Source: a virus
Reading direction: 5' to 3' (one strand)
Length of the DNA stretch: 64,000 bases
IMG/VR virus record: IMGVR_UViG_3300000553_000014
Span: 24,303 to 88,302 of that record
The notes under the pieces are model-generated. The model had not been told where the DNA came from. It did no database searches and was given only the letters and a program-made list of their open reading frames with translations. Position 1 is the stretch's first letter. Every line of letters starts with the position of its first letter. The position numbers and the translations under genes were made by a program. Below are positions 46,115 through 57,047 of this stretch, piece after piece.

Positions 46115-47968
46115 TTATGCCCAATTGTAATCATTTACGAATACAGCTGTATAATAATTTAATTCAGGATAAAAACCAATATCAGCTATTGCAAATCTTG
46201 ACCATACTCTGATTTTTTCAGCCATTGTACCTTCTACAACCATTTGACGTGATGCAGCTAAGTCATAAGCTAAGAATTTAGAACCTGGGTCAGTATCATT
46301 TCCACGTCTTCCGAATAAAATTCTTGGGTCGTTAAAACGAATTTTAGGATTTTTGTAAACTGAAATAGTTTCAAAAATTGTACCAGTATAATGTAATTCA
46401 GGATTATTACTGAATGTAGTTGTAACAGGACAAGTAGCAAAAGTTGCTTGTTTTTTCAAACATGAACATAAAGTTCCAGAAGCAACGATAAAATCAACAG
46501 GAGCTATACGGTTTTGTTGTCCAACAAATTCAGAAATTAATAAAATTCTTGAATAAAGTCTTTCACCATGAGTCATTTGATTTTCATAAGCAGCGGAAAC
46601 CAAAGCATTTGAAATATCATCCATATCAGTTTTTCTGTCATTATCAAGCATATCGCTAAATTCGCAATCAACATTATTCATGTCAAGTGCTGTATTTGCA
46701 GGAGCTCCGATATATAATGAATAATTTAAACTTTGTGATTGATAAGCATTTACAGCATGAGTTACACCCATTTTATAAAGATGCTTTGTGATAACTTCAT
46801 CCAATGATTGGACTAATTGATTTTGAACTCCAGTATAAAGATGCGCAATAACATTAACACCCATTGCAGCCATATCTTTAATTTGGATATTTGAAGTATC
46901 AGCTTCAATTTCTAAACCAAGCATTTCAAGTTGTTTATCCATAGCAATAACATTTAATTTATGGATAGGACCTTTTTCGTGTTGAGCACGTGTCATACCA
47001 CCTAAACTATTGTTATTTGAAGCAGCTTCAGCAATATTTGTTCTTATTGCTGATGCGTAGTTTATACCAATTGTAGTTAAAGCTTCACCAGTTGTATCAG
47101 TTCCAACTAAAACTTTTGCTCCTGAAGCAGCATTAATAGCATCAATAACAGTTTTTACTGTAATTGAATTATTCCAAGCATAAGATTCAGGAACAGAATT
47201 TTGACCAGTAGTTGCAGGAGTATAAATACCAGTAGCTAAAACTTCAACAGTTAATGCAGCTTTTACAGTTGAACCAACAACAAAACGAACTTGCATTGCT
47301 TTGTTATCATTTGACCTTACAATAATTGTAGTTGTTGCACGAACTAAAGATTTTGCTTTAATCCAAGTATATGTGAAATTAGGTGCACTTAATTCTACAT
47401 AAGATGGAAGTGTAGTTAAATCATCAAAAGTACCACCACCATAAACAGTATCAATAAAAGTTACAAGAACTTTAGGAGTATCAACTGCAACAGTTGGCAT
47501 TAAATCGAAACCAATGCAATGTAATGCAATATGAGATTGTAAACCAAAAACATAAGATGGAACATCACCAGAACCACCTTTATAAGCTGGATTCCAAATT
47601 CCACCAGATACTTGATTTGAAGACATTGGGTTTAAAACTTCACCCATACCAATAATATTACCAGGAACTGAAACACTTTCAAATAAGTTTTTTAATTGAG
47701 GCATTGTTTCTCCGAATATTTTTGAATCTTCATATAAAGGACTCATATTCATATTACGAGAAATTCTCATTCTATTTGCAAATTGTTCAGAAGCAAATTG
47801 AATTCTTTCTTTTTTGATTGCTTCTCTTGTAGGGTTACTACCAGGACCGGAATATTGTTTAAATTCTTCTGCAAATGCAGATTCCATTAATGGTTTTAAA
47901 CGTTCAGCTTCTTTCACATCTAAGTGAGTATGCTTGTAAATACGTTCGTTTTGAATATTATTAAACAT
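46115..47968 (-). CDS. major capsid protein (T4 gp23-like)
   Basis: Portal-protease-scaffold-MCP synteny. GFDLMPTV, DFIVASGTLCS and SRFAIADIGFYPE segments, an N-terminal propeptide with LxE sites, and a strong terminator. Confidence 0.85.
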   Translation of the reverse strand: MFNNIQNERIYKHTHLDVKEAERLKPLMESAFAEEFKQYSGPGSNPTREAIKKERIQFASEQFANRMRISRNMNMSPLYEDSKIFGETMPQLKNLFESVSVPGNIIGMGEVLNPMSSNQVSGGIWNPAYKGGSGDVPSYVFGLQSHIALHCIGFDLMPTVAVDTPKVLVTFIDTVYGGGTFDDLTTLPSYVELSAPNFTYTWIKAKSLVRATTTIIVRSNDNKAMQVRFVVGSTVKAALTVEVLATGIYTPATTGQNSVPESYAWNNSITVKTVIDAINAASGAKVLVGTDTTGEALTTIGINYASAIRTNIAEAASNNNSLGGMTRAQHEKGPIHKLNVIAMDKQLEMLGLEIEADTSNIQIKDMAAMGVNVIAHLYTGVQNQLVQSLDEVITKHLYKMGVTHAVNAYQSQSLNYSLYIGAPANTALDMNNVDCEFSDMLDNDRKTDMDDISNALVSAAYENQMTHGERLYSRILLISEFVGQQNRIAPVDFIVASGTLCSCLKKQATFATCPVTTTFSNNPELHYTGTIFETISVYKNPKIRFNDPRILFGRRGNDTDPGSKFLAYDLAASRQMVVEGTMAEKIRVWSRFAIADIGFYPELNYYTAVFVNDYNWA

Positions 47969-48033
47969 AGTTTGTATTTTTAAAATTTAAAATTTAATTT
48001 ATTTTAATTAATAGATTTATTATCTTATTTAGT

Positions 48034-49368
48034 TTATTCAGGATTATTATAAATTCCTAAATAGAAATTCCTTACGGATTCGTTGAGATTTTTGTTCTGT
48101 TTTTCAGCTTTTTCTTGTTGTTCTTTCAACTGTTGCTGTTTCTTTTGTTTCTGTTGCTGTTGTTCTTTCAACTGTTTCTGCTGTTTTTCTTGTTGTTCTT
48201 TCAACTGTTGTTGTTCTTTTTCTTGTTGTTCCTTCAACTGTTTCTGTTGTTTCTGTTGATGGGCTTTCAATTTAGGAGCTTCTTCTTGTTGTTGTGCAAC
48301 CGGCTTTTGTTTCTGTTGTTCTTGTTGTTTCAATTGTTTATTTTGCAACTGTTTTCTTTCTTGTTGCTGTTTTTGATTCAACTCTTGCTGTTTCTTTTCC
48401 TGTTGTTGTTTAAGTTGTTGTTGCTGTTTTTTATCCTGTTCAGTTTCTTTAAGTTCTTTTGGATTTTCAGCTTCTTGTTCTTTTTGTTGTTTTTCCTTCA
48501 GCTGCTGTTGTTCTTTTTGTTGTTTTTCCTTCAGCTGCTGTTGTTCTTTTTGTTGTTTTTCCTTCAACGATTGAGGACCTTTTTGTTTTTCTTGTTGTTC
48601 CTTTAATTGTTGTTGTTCTTTTTGTTGTTTTTCCTTCAACTGTTTTTGTTCTTTTTCTTGTTTTTCATTTAACTGTTGTTGGTCTTTCAACTGTTGTTGT
48701 TCTTGTTGTTGTTGGGTTTTCAATTGTTGTTGTTCCTTCAATTGTTTTTGTTTCAATTGTTGTTGTTTCTTTTCAGATTCGATCAAATTTGCAGTTTCTT
48801 CATCTGTATCATCATTCAAATCTTCAAAACATTGTTGTTCCTTCAACTGTTTGTTTTTTAACTGTTGTTGTTCCTTTAAATGTTTTTCTTTCAACTTTTG
48901 TTGTTCCTTCAACTGTTTTTGTTTTTTCTGTTCAGGTGTTTGTTCAGATTCAAATAAATTTTCATTATCTTGGTCTGTTTCATCATCTAAATCTTGAAAG
49001 AGGTCATCGTCAGTTGTTTCGTCATTTACGAAATCACTTTCCAAATCTTGAAAAAGATCGTTATCTTCATCATCAATAATTACTTGTTCAATATTATCTT
49101 GATTTAAATCTTGGTCGAAATCTTCATCATCAGTATCTAAATCTTGTGATAAATCATCAGTAATGTCTTGATATTGTTCAATATCGTCATTTTGTTCTTG
49201 GAAAAGGTCATCATCAACATCATTATCTAAATCTGAATCCAAATTTGATTCATCTTCATATAAATCATTTTGACTGATAAATTGGTCCGATTCATTTAAA
49301 TCATCTAAAACCATTTCGGTTTCAGCATCATTAATGTCGCTAATTAAATGTTCAATTAATCCGTTCAT
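48034..49368 (-). CDS. prohead scaffolding/core protein (gp22-like position)
   Basis: Lies between protease and MCP. Acidic N-half and a Q/K/E coiled coil with repeated LKEQ. Confidence 0.7.
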   Translation of the reverse strand: MNGLIEHLISDINDAETEMVLDDLNESDQFISQNDLYEDESNLDSDLDNDVDDDLFQEQNDDIEQYQDITDDLSQDLDTDDEDFDQDLNQDNIEQVIIDDEDNDLFQDLESDFVNDETTDDDLFQDLDDETDQDNENLFESEQTPEQKKQKQLKEQQKLKEKHLKEQQQLKNKQLKEQQCFEDLNDDTDEETANLIESEKKQQQLKQKQLKEQQQLKTQQQQEQQQLKDQQQLNEKQEKEQKQLKEKQQKEQQQLKEQQEKQKGPQSLKEKQQKEQQQLKEKQQKEQQQLKEKQQKEQEAENPKELKETEQDKKQQQQLKQQQEKKQQELNQKQQQERKQLQNKQLKQQEQQKQKPVAQQQEEAPKLKAHQQKQQKQLKEQQEKEQQQLKEQQEKQQKQLKEQQQQKQKKQQQLKEQQEKAEKQNKNLNESVRNFYLGIYNNPE

Positions 49369-49447
49369 ACAAAAAATTTTAAAATTATTAATTATTTATT
49401 TTTAATTGAAATATCGAGTAGTTTTATATATTATTTACTCAATTTGT

Positions 49448-50443
49448 TTAAATTGTTGTTGCGTTATTTGTAATTGTTTGGGATTTTATAAATCCAGCAC
49501 TATTATCATAAACGCTTTTGCCTTGTTTTTTCTTTAATTGCTGTTGAGCAATTGTTACTTCTTCAAAAAATGCTTTTTGTTTTATATTTTCAGATAAATC
49601 TTGTTCAGTTGCATCTTCTAATTCATTTTCTAATTTTACTTTATCATTTGATTCATTTTTTTCCAAAACTTCTATATCAGATTTTTCTTTTGTTTTATCA
49701 TTGGTTTTATCATTTTCATTTAATTCTGTATACCATTCAAGAAAACATTTAGATGATTCATTTAAATTTATATATTTATCATAATAATTATCCAATTTAC
49801 CTAAATCTTTTTCATAAATTAATGTTGAAAATCCAGTTTTTTGTGTTGAAGATTCTTGCCAAATTTTTTGTGATTCATTTAAACATTTAAAATTAAGAAC
49901 AGCTTGTGCAAATCCTGGATGATAAACTAAATCAAAAGTTGTTAAAAGTTTTGTTACTGCTGTAAATGTTCCATTAGGATTTGTATTTTCTTCTCCAGCA
50001 GCTCTTGCTGAAATAGCTAATTGTCCACCAGAACGTATTATTTCTTGAGCAATTTTACCTTTTTCAGTATCTAATAAAATAACTCTTCCATAAACAGTTT
50101 GTTCTTCTTCATTATACCAAACATCTAATATTTTATGAGAAGCATTATTATAATTAACAGCATAACTTTTTGGATGTTCTAATTCACCATAAACTCCTTT
50201 TGAACTAAATATTTGTTTTTTAAGGATTTGTAATAAAAATAAATATTCTGGAATCGAATATAAACGTTTATTATTATTTGGGTCTTGTTTTAAAACAGCA
50301 AAAATTCCTTCCAAAACAATTCCTTTATATGGAGTTCCAGTAGTTGGGTCAATTATTGTTTGTTTTAGCTGTTCAAATGGAATTTCAGTTAATGGAATTT
50401 GAGCAGATTCTAAATATAAAAATTTGTTAATTAAGTCAGGCAT
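49448..50443 (-). CDS. prohead core protein protease (T4 gp21-like)
   Basis: LEGIF, NNNKRLY, YGELEHP, TEKGKI, ISARAAG and TFDLVYHPGF. Confidence 0.92.
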   Translation of the reverse strand: MPDLINKFLYLESAQIPLTEIPFEQLKQTIIDPTTGTPYKGIVLEGIFAVLKQDPNNNKRLYSIPEYLFLLQILKKQIFSSKGVYGELEHPKSYAVNYNNASHKILDVWYNEEEQTVYGRVILLDTEKGKIAQEIIRSGGQLAISARAAGEENTNPNGTFTAVTKLLTTFDLVYHPGFAQAVLNFKCLNESQKIWQESSTQKTGFSTLIYEKDLGKLDNYYDKYINLNESSKCFLEWYTELNENDKTNDKTKEKSDIEVLEKNESNDKVKLENELEDATEQDLSENIKQKAFFEEVTIAQQQLKKKQGKSVYDNSAGFIKSQTITNNATTI

Positions 50444-50494
50444 ATTTCAAAATATTAATTAATTTATTTAGTTTATTAGTAATTATTGAAAATT

Positions 50495-52174
50495 TTAATA
50501 ATTATCATCATCAGTATGTATAATATCTTCTGGAGTTTCTTCTGGAATATCAGTTTCATTATCTAAAGAAGAATTATCATCATCTGAAGAATTATCATCA
50601 TCTGAAGTATCATCATCTTTTTCAGTTGTATCAGGAGGAAATCCTAATCTAATATTTTCTGCTCTTCTTTCAACTTCCATAGAAGCTAATTGTTCAGCTG
50701 TATAACTTAAATGATTTTTTATAATCCATGAAAGTGGAATTGCTTTTCTTGCAACACCATTAACATCTTCTAATTCACCAAATGCTGCGATATTTGTTGC
50801 AATTTCAACTTCTTTGTTAACAATTTCTAATTCAGCTAATTTATCATATTGATTAAATGCAACCCATTCCATTTTTATTGAATCCAATAAAGATAAATCA
50901 ACACCAATTTCTACTTGTTTTAATGTTAATTGAATAATTATTGGTTTAATAAATAATGGATTCATCATTTTACGAATTGCATTAATAAATTTACCAAAAT
51001 TTACTTCAATTTTTCTTAATGAATTTACATCTGTAAATCCCCAACTATCTGAAGAATTAGGGTCAATTCTATCATAAGGAATTTCTGTATCTTTCCAAAA
51101 ATATTTTTCCCAAAATCCTAAAGAATCAACTTCAGTTAAATCAGGTCCATTTGAATTTATTTCTTCAATTTCTGGAGCTCCTGAATTTTGAGTTTCAGCT
51201 GTAAAAAATTCTCTATAACCACTATTATTTGGTAAATTATTAAATTTTACAACTCCATCATCATCAAATGTATATTTATTAATATACATATTTTTTGCTT
51301 CAGTTAATTTTTGAATTGCTTCTGAACGTCCAACATCACCCATAGCAAGTTTTATGTGCATTCTTACTTGTGATTTCGCAGCAAACCAAAGAACTTTTGA
51401 TGTTTGCATTGAACGCATAATATTAAAACTTCTTCGTAATTTATCAACATAACTTATAAACCCATAATCATATTGATTCCATTCAAGTAAAACAATTTGA
51501 TTTTCATGTAAAATACGTTCTTTATTATTATCCATTAATGGACGTTGAACATAATAAACATAATCATCTTCTTTAAATTTTTGCAAAGTTGCAGGGTCTA
51601 TTGGAACAATTCCAACAATATCTTTTGGATTTTTTAAATTATCATAAATAATTTCAAAAGAAATTTTACCTGTTTTAACAAAATCTTTAACACATTCAAT
51701 AAGTCCTTCATCAACAAAATCATAAAAGTGCATTAATCTTGGATAAAAAACTTTATCAATATATTCTTGAATTGCTCTTGCAACATCTTGTTTACTTTCT
51801 TCTATTTGTGTTACATTTATTTTTGGGAAAACACAATATTTATGAGATTCTGTATCAATAATTACAGTTTCATGTGCAATAATATCAACAGCTTTTTTTA
51901 TTTCATTATTTTCAGCAAATACAAATAAATCATTACGATAATTTATACCAGTTATTGGTGAATATGCAAAATTATTACGATAACGAATATCTGGATTAAA
52001 AGTAAAATTATCAGTATTTGTAAAAAATATTGGGTCTGATGGAGAACCAACCATTTTTTTCAAAGCTTTTTTATCTGATAATTTTTCGGTTGTATTAGCT
52101 AATAAAATTTTCTTTGATAATGTTTTTTCAACATTACGAGCTGTGATTGTTTTTATACCAGTAGATAATTTCAT
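50495..52174 (-). CDS. portal protein (T4 gp20-like)
   Basis: EIKKAVDIIAHE, IVPIDP, SYVDKLRRSFNIMRSM and EIPYDR motifs, plus synteny. Confidence 0.88.
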   Translation of the reverse strand: MKLSTGIKTITARNVEKTLSKKILLANTTEKLSDKKALKKMVGSPSDPIFFTNTDNFTFNPDIRYRNNFAYSPITGINYRNDLFVFAENNEIKKAVDIIAHETVIIDTESHKYCVFPKINVTQIEESKQDVARAIQEYIDKVFYPRLMHFYDFVDEGLIECVKDFVKTGKISFEIIYDNLKNPKDIVGIVPIDPATLQKFKEDDYVYYVQRPLMDNNKERILHENQIVLLEWNQYDYGFISYVDKLRRSFNIMRSMQTSKVLWFAAKSQVRMHIKLAMGDVGRSEAIQKLTEAKNMYINKYTFDDDGVVKFNNLPNNSGYREFFTAETQNSGAPEIEEINSNGPDLTEVDSLGFWEKYFWKDTEIPYDRIDPNSSDSWGFTDVNSLRKIEVNFGKFINAIRKMMNPLFIKPIIIQLTLKQVEIGVDLSLLDSIKMEWVAFNQYDKLAELEIVNKEVEIATNIAAFGELEDVNGVARKAIPLSWIIKNHLSYTAEQLASMEVERRAENIRLGFPPDTTEKDDDTSDDDNSSDDDNSSLDNETDIPEETPEDIIHTDDDNY

Positions 52175-53097
52175 TATTTTACAATTTTATTAGAATTTTG
52201 TTTAGCTTGCATTTCTTTTAATTGCTGAGTATATCTATTATCATAATATAAATTATCATTATATGATAAATTCAATGTTTCAATTTTAATATAAATTTCA
52301 AAAATATTATTATTATCTAATAATTCTTTTAATTTAATTAAATGTTTTGGTGGTTCTAATTTTATATTTGTTTGTATTTGAGCACTTTTATTAACAATAT
52401 TATAAAAATCCAAAATATCTTGTTTTAAATCATAACAAACAAGTTTATTTGTATTAGATGTTAAAAACAATAATTGTTTATTTGATTTATCAAAACATAT
52501 TGAAATTATATCTTTTTGATTAATTCCAAATTTTTCTTGTAATTCAGCATTTAATGCTAAATTATTGCAAATATCATAACCATATATTAATATAGGCATT
52601 TTTGCAAATGTTTTGATTTTTAAAATATTTTTTGGTAAATTTTCTAAATCATTTGATAACAATAACTTTTCAATTATTTTTTTCAAATCATTTTTAAAAC
52701 TATAAATATCTAATTGAATTGAATTTTCAGGTTTAAATTCAATATTTAAACTTTCATTTAAATTTTTTTGTAAACCTGTTTCATAACCTATTAAAAAATC
52801 ATGAACTTTAGAAAAATATGAAAAATAATTATTTCGATTATTTTTTAAATAAATATTGGTAGCAATAAATTTATCATAATTTTCATTTAATTCCATAAAT
52901 GGTATATCGCTTATTTCGGAATATAAATTCATCATATTAAAATGATATGTTGAAAATTTTTCATTTTCCATCAAATTTTGAACAGATTTACCAATATTAG
53001 AAATATTTCCAAATTTATTAATAAATGATTTTATTTCATTATTACATGAAATAATTGTTCCAATTATTAATTGTTCTTTATTTTGTATACTTTGCAT
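52174..53097 (-). CDS. hypothetical protein
   Basis: 307-aa ORF. Confidence 0.7.
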   Translation of the reverse strand: MQSIQNKEQLIIGTIISCNNEIKSFINKFGNISNIGKSVQNLMENEKFSTYHFNMMNLYSEISDIPFMELNENYDKFIATNIYLKNNRNNYFSYFSKVHDFLIGYETGLQKNLNESLNIEFKPENSIQLDIYSFKNDLKKIIEKLLLSNDLENLPKNILKIKTFAKMPILIYGYDICNNLALNAELQEKFGINQKDIISICFDKSNKQLLFLTSNTNKLVCYDLKQDILDFYNIVNKSAQIQTNIKLEPPKHLIKLKELLDNNNIFEIYIKIETLNLSYNDNLYYDNRYTQQLKEMQAKQNSNKIVK

Positions 53098-53243
53098 TAT
53101 ATATCATTATTTAATTGAATATCCAATTTATTTTTAAATACAACAAGTTGATTAGAAATATTATATAAAACCGTAGCTACGATTTTATTTTGTAAAATAA
53201 CATTGGAAAACATTTTCGAAAAAAATATTACAATTTTGTCCAT
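53097..53243 (-). CDS. 48-aa hypothetical peptide (not in ORF track)
   Basis: ATG 53243 to TAA 53097, exactly filling the gap. Confidence 0.4.
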   Translation of the reverse strand: MDKIVIFFSKMFSNVILQNKIVATVLYNISNQLVVFKNKLDIQLNNDI

Positions 53244-53244
53244 T

Positions 53245-53595
53245 TTATTTTGTTGTATTATTATTATTTTGTCCACTATTTGCTCCAGAAGCAGTTGTAT
53301 TTGCTGCTGTAGTTGCAGATATTAATGTAGTTATTTCTGTATTTATTAATTGTTGAAATATGGTAAATTTTGCATTTATTTTATCATCAAGCATTGTATT
53401 CAAAACAGGTAATAATTTAAAAGCAAATTGTTCAGCTAAATTTAAAGAAATATCATCAAAAACATTATTAGATATTGGAAAAATTTCTAACATTGAATTT
53501 CGTATACTTTCAAAATAACTTTGGTCAGTAACAGATAATTTTGTAAAATCACCTGTATTTATTATTTTTATTTTTAAATTATCAGTAATTCCCAT
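53245..53595 (-). CDS. hypothetical protein
   Basis: ORF track. Confidence 0.65.
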   Translation of the reverse strand: MGITDNLKIKIINTGDFTKLSVTDQSYFESIRNSMLEIFPISNNVFDDISLNLAEQFAFKLLPVLNTMLDDKINAKFTIFQQLINTEITTLISATTAANTTASGANSGQNNNNTTK

Positions 53596-54104
53596 TATAA
53601 ATAAATTATATTATTTTTCTTTAATAATTGGATTAATTCTTTTGTTGGTTTATCTTCTTTAAATTTAACACCTAAAATAATTCCTGGTTTAAAAATAAGT
53701 TTTTTCATAACTAATTCAGATTCAGTTGAAAAATCATCTAAATATGTTTCCCAATTTAATGTATTACAATCTAATTCTATTAAATTTTTTTCATTAAAAT
53801 CTTCTTCATTCAAATAATCATTTTGCTGATAATATTCATCTTTTGTACTAAATCCTGTAACATATTCACAAATTTCTGGATTATCTTCAAAAAATTCTTC
53901 ATCATAAATTATTTCAATAATATTTTGTTCTAATAATAAATCATGATTAAATACTATACAAGTTTCTCCAAAATTATCAGCTCCTCCCGAATTTTTTTTA
54001 TAACTAAATGATATAAATTTTTTAGGAATTATTATTTTATTGTTTAATAATTCATATAACCAATTTTTATCAGTATTTCTAAATATTAAATTATTGCTTT
54101 CCAA
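53595..54104 (-). CDS. hypothetical protein
   Basis: ORF track. Confidence 0.7.
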   Translation of the reverse strand: MESNNLIFRNTDKNWLYELLNNKIIIPKKFISFSYKKNSGGADNFGETCIVFNHDLLLEQNIIEIIYDEEFFEDNPEICEYVTGFSTKDEYYQQNDYLNEEDFNEKNLIELDCNTLNWETYLDDFSTESELVMKKLIFKPGIILGVKFKEDKPTKELIQLLKKNNIIYL

Positions 54105-54874
54105 TTTATATTAGGATTAATTGTTGTACCATTTTTACGACAAAATAATTGCCATTCTTTGATTAATTGATTTGCTCTAATTGTATCATATCCACGACTT
54201 GGAATAAAAATTGCTTTATGCCATTCGTTATAAGGAAAACATACAATTTGTTTCATTCTTTGTGGAATATACATTCTAACACAAAATTTAACTCCAAATC
54301 TTTCTAATGTTTTTACAATTAATCTATAATCAATTTGTACAGGTTTATTTGTTTTAAAAAATATTTGATACCTATAAAGTTTTTTAAATAATTCAAAAAT
54401 TGAACACATTACTATTATCCTTATTTTTGGTGGTAACAAATGTAAATTAAATCCAATATTTCTTATACCTAATTTAGTTACAATAGGTCCAAGTGAAATT
54501 ATTAATGGATATTTATCAAACCAAGGCAAAACTGAAGTTCCTTTATATTTGGGATTTTTATATTCAAATATAAACATTCCACCTTGATACATTAATAATT
54601 TATTATATCTATAATTAGTTGGATTTTTAAAAACTGTTTTAAAAAGCCAACTTGTTGCTTGTGAAGCAGGTCTATTATTAACCCAAGAATTTTTTAAAAC
54701 TCTTGTTCTCATAGAATAATAACCACTTTTAATATTTAATTTTTCAATTGTTTCCTTATCAGTTTTACTTCCACGGGCTTCAGTAAGTATTCGAGAATAT
54801 TTTGCTTTATAAATATCTTTTGATGATATTTCTTTCAGTAAATCTTCTATTGGAATTACTTTCTTTTTTGGCAT
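54086..54874 (-). CDS. DNA end protector protein (T4 gp2-like)
   Basis: GGMFIFEYKNPKYK, LPWFDKYPL and GFNLHLLPPKIR. Confidence 0.85.
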   Translation of the reverse strand: MPKKKVIPIEDLLKEISSKDIYKAKYSRILTEARGSKTDKETIEKLNIKSGYYSMRTRVLKNSWVNNRPASQATSWLFKTVFKNPTNYRYNKLLMYQGGMFIFEYKNPKYKGTSVLPWFDKYPLIISLGPIVTKLGIRNIGFNLHLLPPKIRIIVMCSIFELFKKLYRYQIFFKTNKPVQIDYRLIVKTLERFGVKFCVRMYIPQRMKQIVCFPYNEWHKAIFIPSRGYDTIRANQLIKEWQLFCRKNGTTINPNINWKAII

Positions 54875-54910
54875 TATTATTAATTATTGATACTTATTAT
54901 TTAAATATTA

Positions 54911-55447
54911 TTAACATAAAACATCTTCAACAGATGTAAATTTTGTTTCAAAAATTAATCTTGGTCCATTTTGTCCAAAAATTAAAATACTGTCATTTGA
55001 TTCAAAATAATAAAGTTTATCAGAAATTCCTCCTGTTAATTGTTTATTAATTAATGAAAAAACTCCATCATTATAATCTAAATATACACAAGATTCAACA
55101 ATTGGTAATTTTATTGTATCAAGTATTGTTATTAATGGTTCTTTTTTCTTAAATATTTTTTGGTCTATTTCAATTGTTAAAACACCCAAAGCATATTTTT
55201 CTTTAATTAAATCAATTAATTTTGAATATGAAATTACATAACTTTCTGGATTTGTAATATCACTAATTTCGATAACTTGAGAATTTGCTTTTGATTGTCT
55301 TAAATGTAAACCAATAAAATCATGATAATCATTATTATCAAATCTTAAAGTACATTCTATTTGTGATTTTAAAAATGCAAATATTTCATTTTGTGTCAAT
55401 TTTGAAATAATAACAAAATTATCTTGTTTTTTATAGTCCATAATCAA
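54911..55447 (-). CDS. hypothetical protein
   Basis: ORF track. Confidence 0.7.
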   Translation of the reverse strand: MIMDYKKQDNFVIISKLTQNEIFAFLKSQIECTLRFDNNDYHDFIGLHLRQSKANSQVIEISDITNPESYVISYSKLIDLIKEKYALGVLTIEIDQKIFKKKEPLITILDTIKLPIVESCVYLDYNDGVFSLINKQLTGGISDKLYYFESNDSILIFGQNGPRLIFETKFTSVEDVLC

Positions 55448-55899
55448 AAAATTTTTCCGTTTAAATGTTGTTCAGTAATTATTTTAAATATATATCCATT
55501 TTGTTTACACCATGTAATTGCAGATTTCCATTTACAGGCATTTTTATAATTTACTTTTGTTCTTCTTATTTCTGATTCTTTTAAAGGTACTAATTCTGAT
55601 GGTTTTATTTCTACGATAATTTTCTTCCCATCTTTCATAATAACAGTAAAATCCGTATTATAATTATGTCGGACTTGTGTAACTTTACCTTTAACTTTTT
55701 CTAACATTAAATATGGAATAACAATTTGCTCCGAACTCCATTTTTCAACATTAGAATTTAATTCTAAATTTATCATAAATTTATATTCTAAAGATGACCT
55801 ATAAATTATTGGTTCAGGACCAAAATATTTTTTAGCATTTTTAAAATATCCTTGTTTATATTTTGAATTTTTATTCGGAGCAAGTTGTTTTATTCCCAT
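55444..55899 (-). CDS. head completion nuclease (T4 gp4-like, TnsA-type)
   Basis: YKQGYF, IIYRSSLE, WSSE.IVIPY, YNTDF, VEIKP, KW and FKIITE. Confidence 0.9.
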   Translation of the reverse strand: MGIKQLAPNKNSKYKQGYFKNAKKYFGPEPIIYRSSLEYKFMINLELNSNVEKWSSEQIVIPYLMLEKVKGKVTQVRHNYNTDFTVIMKDGKKIIVEIKPSELVPLKESEIRRTKVNYKNACKWKSAITWCKQNGYIFKIITEQHLNGKIF

Positions 55900-57029
55900 T
55901 ATAATTCACAATTTATCATAATTGTGTTTGTACGTTTTAACATATTATAAGTATCTGTTGATAAATCTTTTCCAGCATTATAAATATCGGTTTCTGGTTC
56001 TAAAATTAATTTTAATCCACAAGGTATACATAATTTAAGATTTGTCATAAATTCTATATTTGGACCTTGACAAGATTTAAATTTTAATATAATAAAAAAT
56101 TTATCTTTTTGTGATTCAATATTAACATCATTAATATTAATTCCAAAATAATCACAATTTTCTTTAAGTGTATCAGATGTTGTTATATATTGTTGTAAAA
56201 TATTATCATTTTTTAATAAATTACCTATCCAATTTTTCGCAGCTTTTTCATTAATAAATTGCATTACATAATATTGTTCATCAGTTACAGAAAATTTAAA
56301 ATTTTTCAATAATTGATTAACATTATCCATATATTTAAAATCAAAATTATTTAAATTACCTGTTAATAATTTATTATTAATAACTTTAATTCTATTTATG
56401 AAAAAATCAGCCATAAATTTTCTTTCATCATCTGTTATTGTTGTAATACTGTGCATCAAATTAACAACTTTTACTGAAGTTAATTCAGGATTTTCAATAT
56501 TTGTTTGTAATGGTGAATATGTTAATTCATTTTCAGCAAAATCAGTTATAATATGTTTATCAATTGGAGAACGTAAGGTTTTTTCCCATGTTTGAAAATC
56601 CCAAATATTTTTACCTAAAAAATAATTTCCAAATTGTCCACAAGTTATATCAATTACAAAATTAATTTCACTATCTTTTACCAATATAGCAGTATGCCAT
56701 TTATTTTGTGAACCATTATAACATTCACCATAATATTGTTCTTTAATATCTATGGAAATCAATTTTGCATTAGCTTGTCTTGATTGTAATAACATTTGAA
56801 ATGTTTTATCAAAAAGTAATGCTTGTGATGCTGACACACAAAAACCTGTTGTTGTTAAGCCTTCAGCAATATTTTTTGGTTTATCTTCGAGTTTAAAATT
56901 TCCATCAAGTGATTGTCCTTCACGATATGCTAATGCTGAACCATTTTGAACATCAAAACGACGTTTAAAATTATTAATAACTTTTATGTAATTATCAGCT
57001 ATTGTTGTTAAACTATTCCTATTTTCCAT
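55899..57029 (-). CDS. protein with N-terminal papain/transglutaminase-like Cys-His-Asp domain
   Basis: GFCVSAS...WHTAILV...VIDITCGQF. Confidence 0.55.
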   Translation of the reverse strand: MENRNSLTTIADNYIKVINNFKRRFDVQNGSALAYREGQSLDGNFKLEDKPKNIAEGLTTTGFCVSASQALLFDKTFQMLLQSRQANAKLISIDIKEQYYGECYNGSQNKWHTAILVKDSEINFVIDITCGQFGNYFLGKNIWDFQTWEKTLRSPIDKHIITDFAENELTYSPLQTNIENPELTSVKVVNLMHSITTITDDERKFMADFFINRIKVINNKLLTGNLNNFDFKYMDNVNQLLKNFKFSVTDEQYYVMQFINEKAAKNWIGNLLKNDNILQQYITTSDTLKENCDYFGININDVNIESQKDKFFIILKFKSCQGPNIEFMTNLKLCIPCGLKLILEPETDIYNAGKDLSTDTYNMLKRTNTIMINCEL

Positions 57030-57047
57030 ATCTTTTTGATTAATCGT

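Noticed and set aside
48115-49079. Plus-strand Leu/Phe/Val-rich ORFs
   Set aside because: These are antisense shadows of the Q/K/E-repeat scaffold gene.
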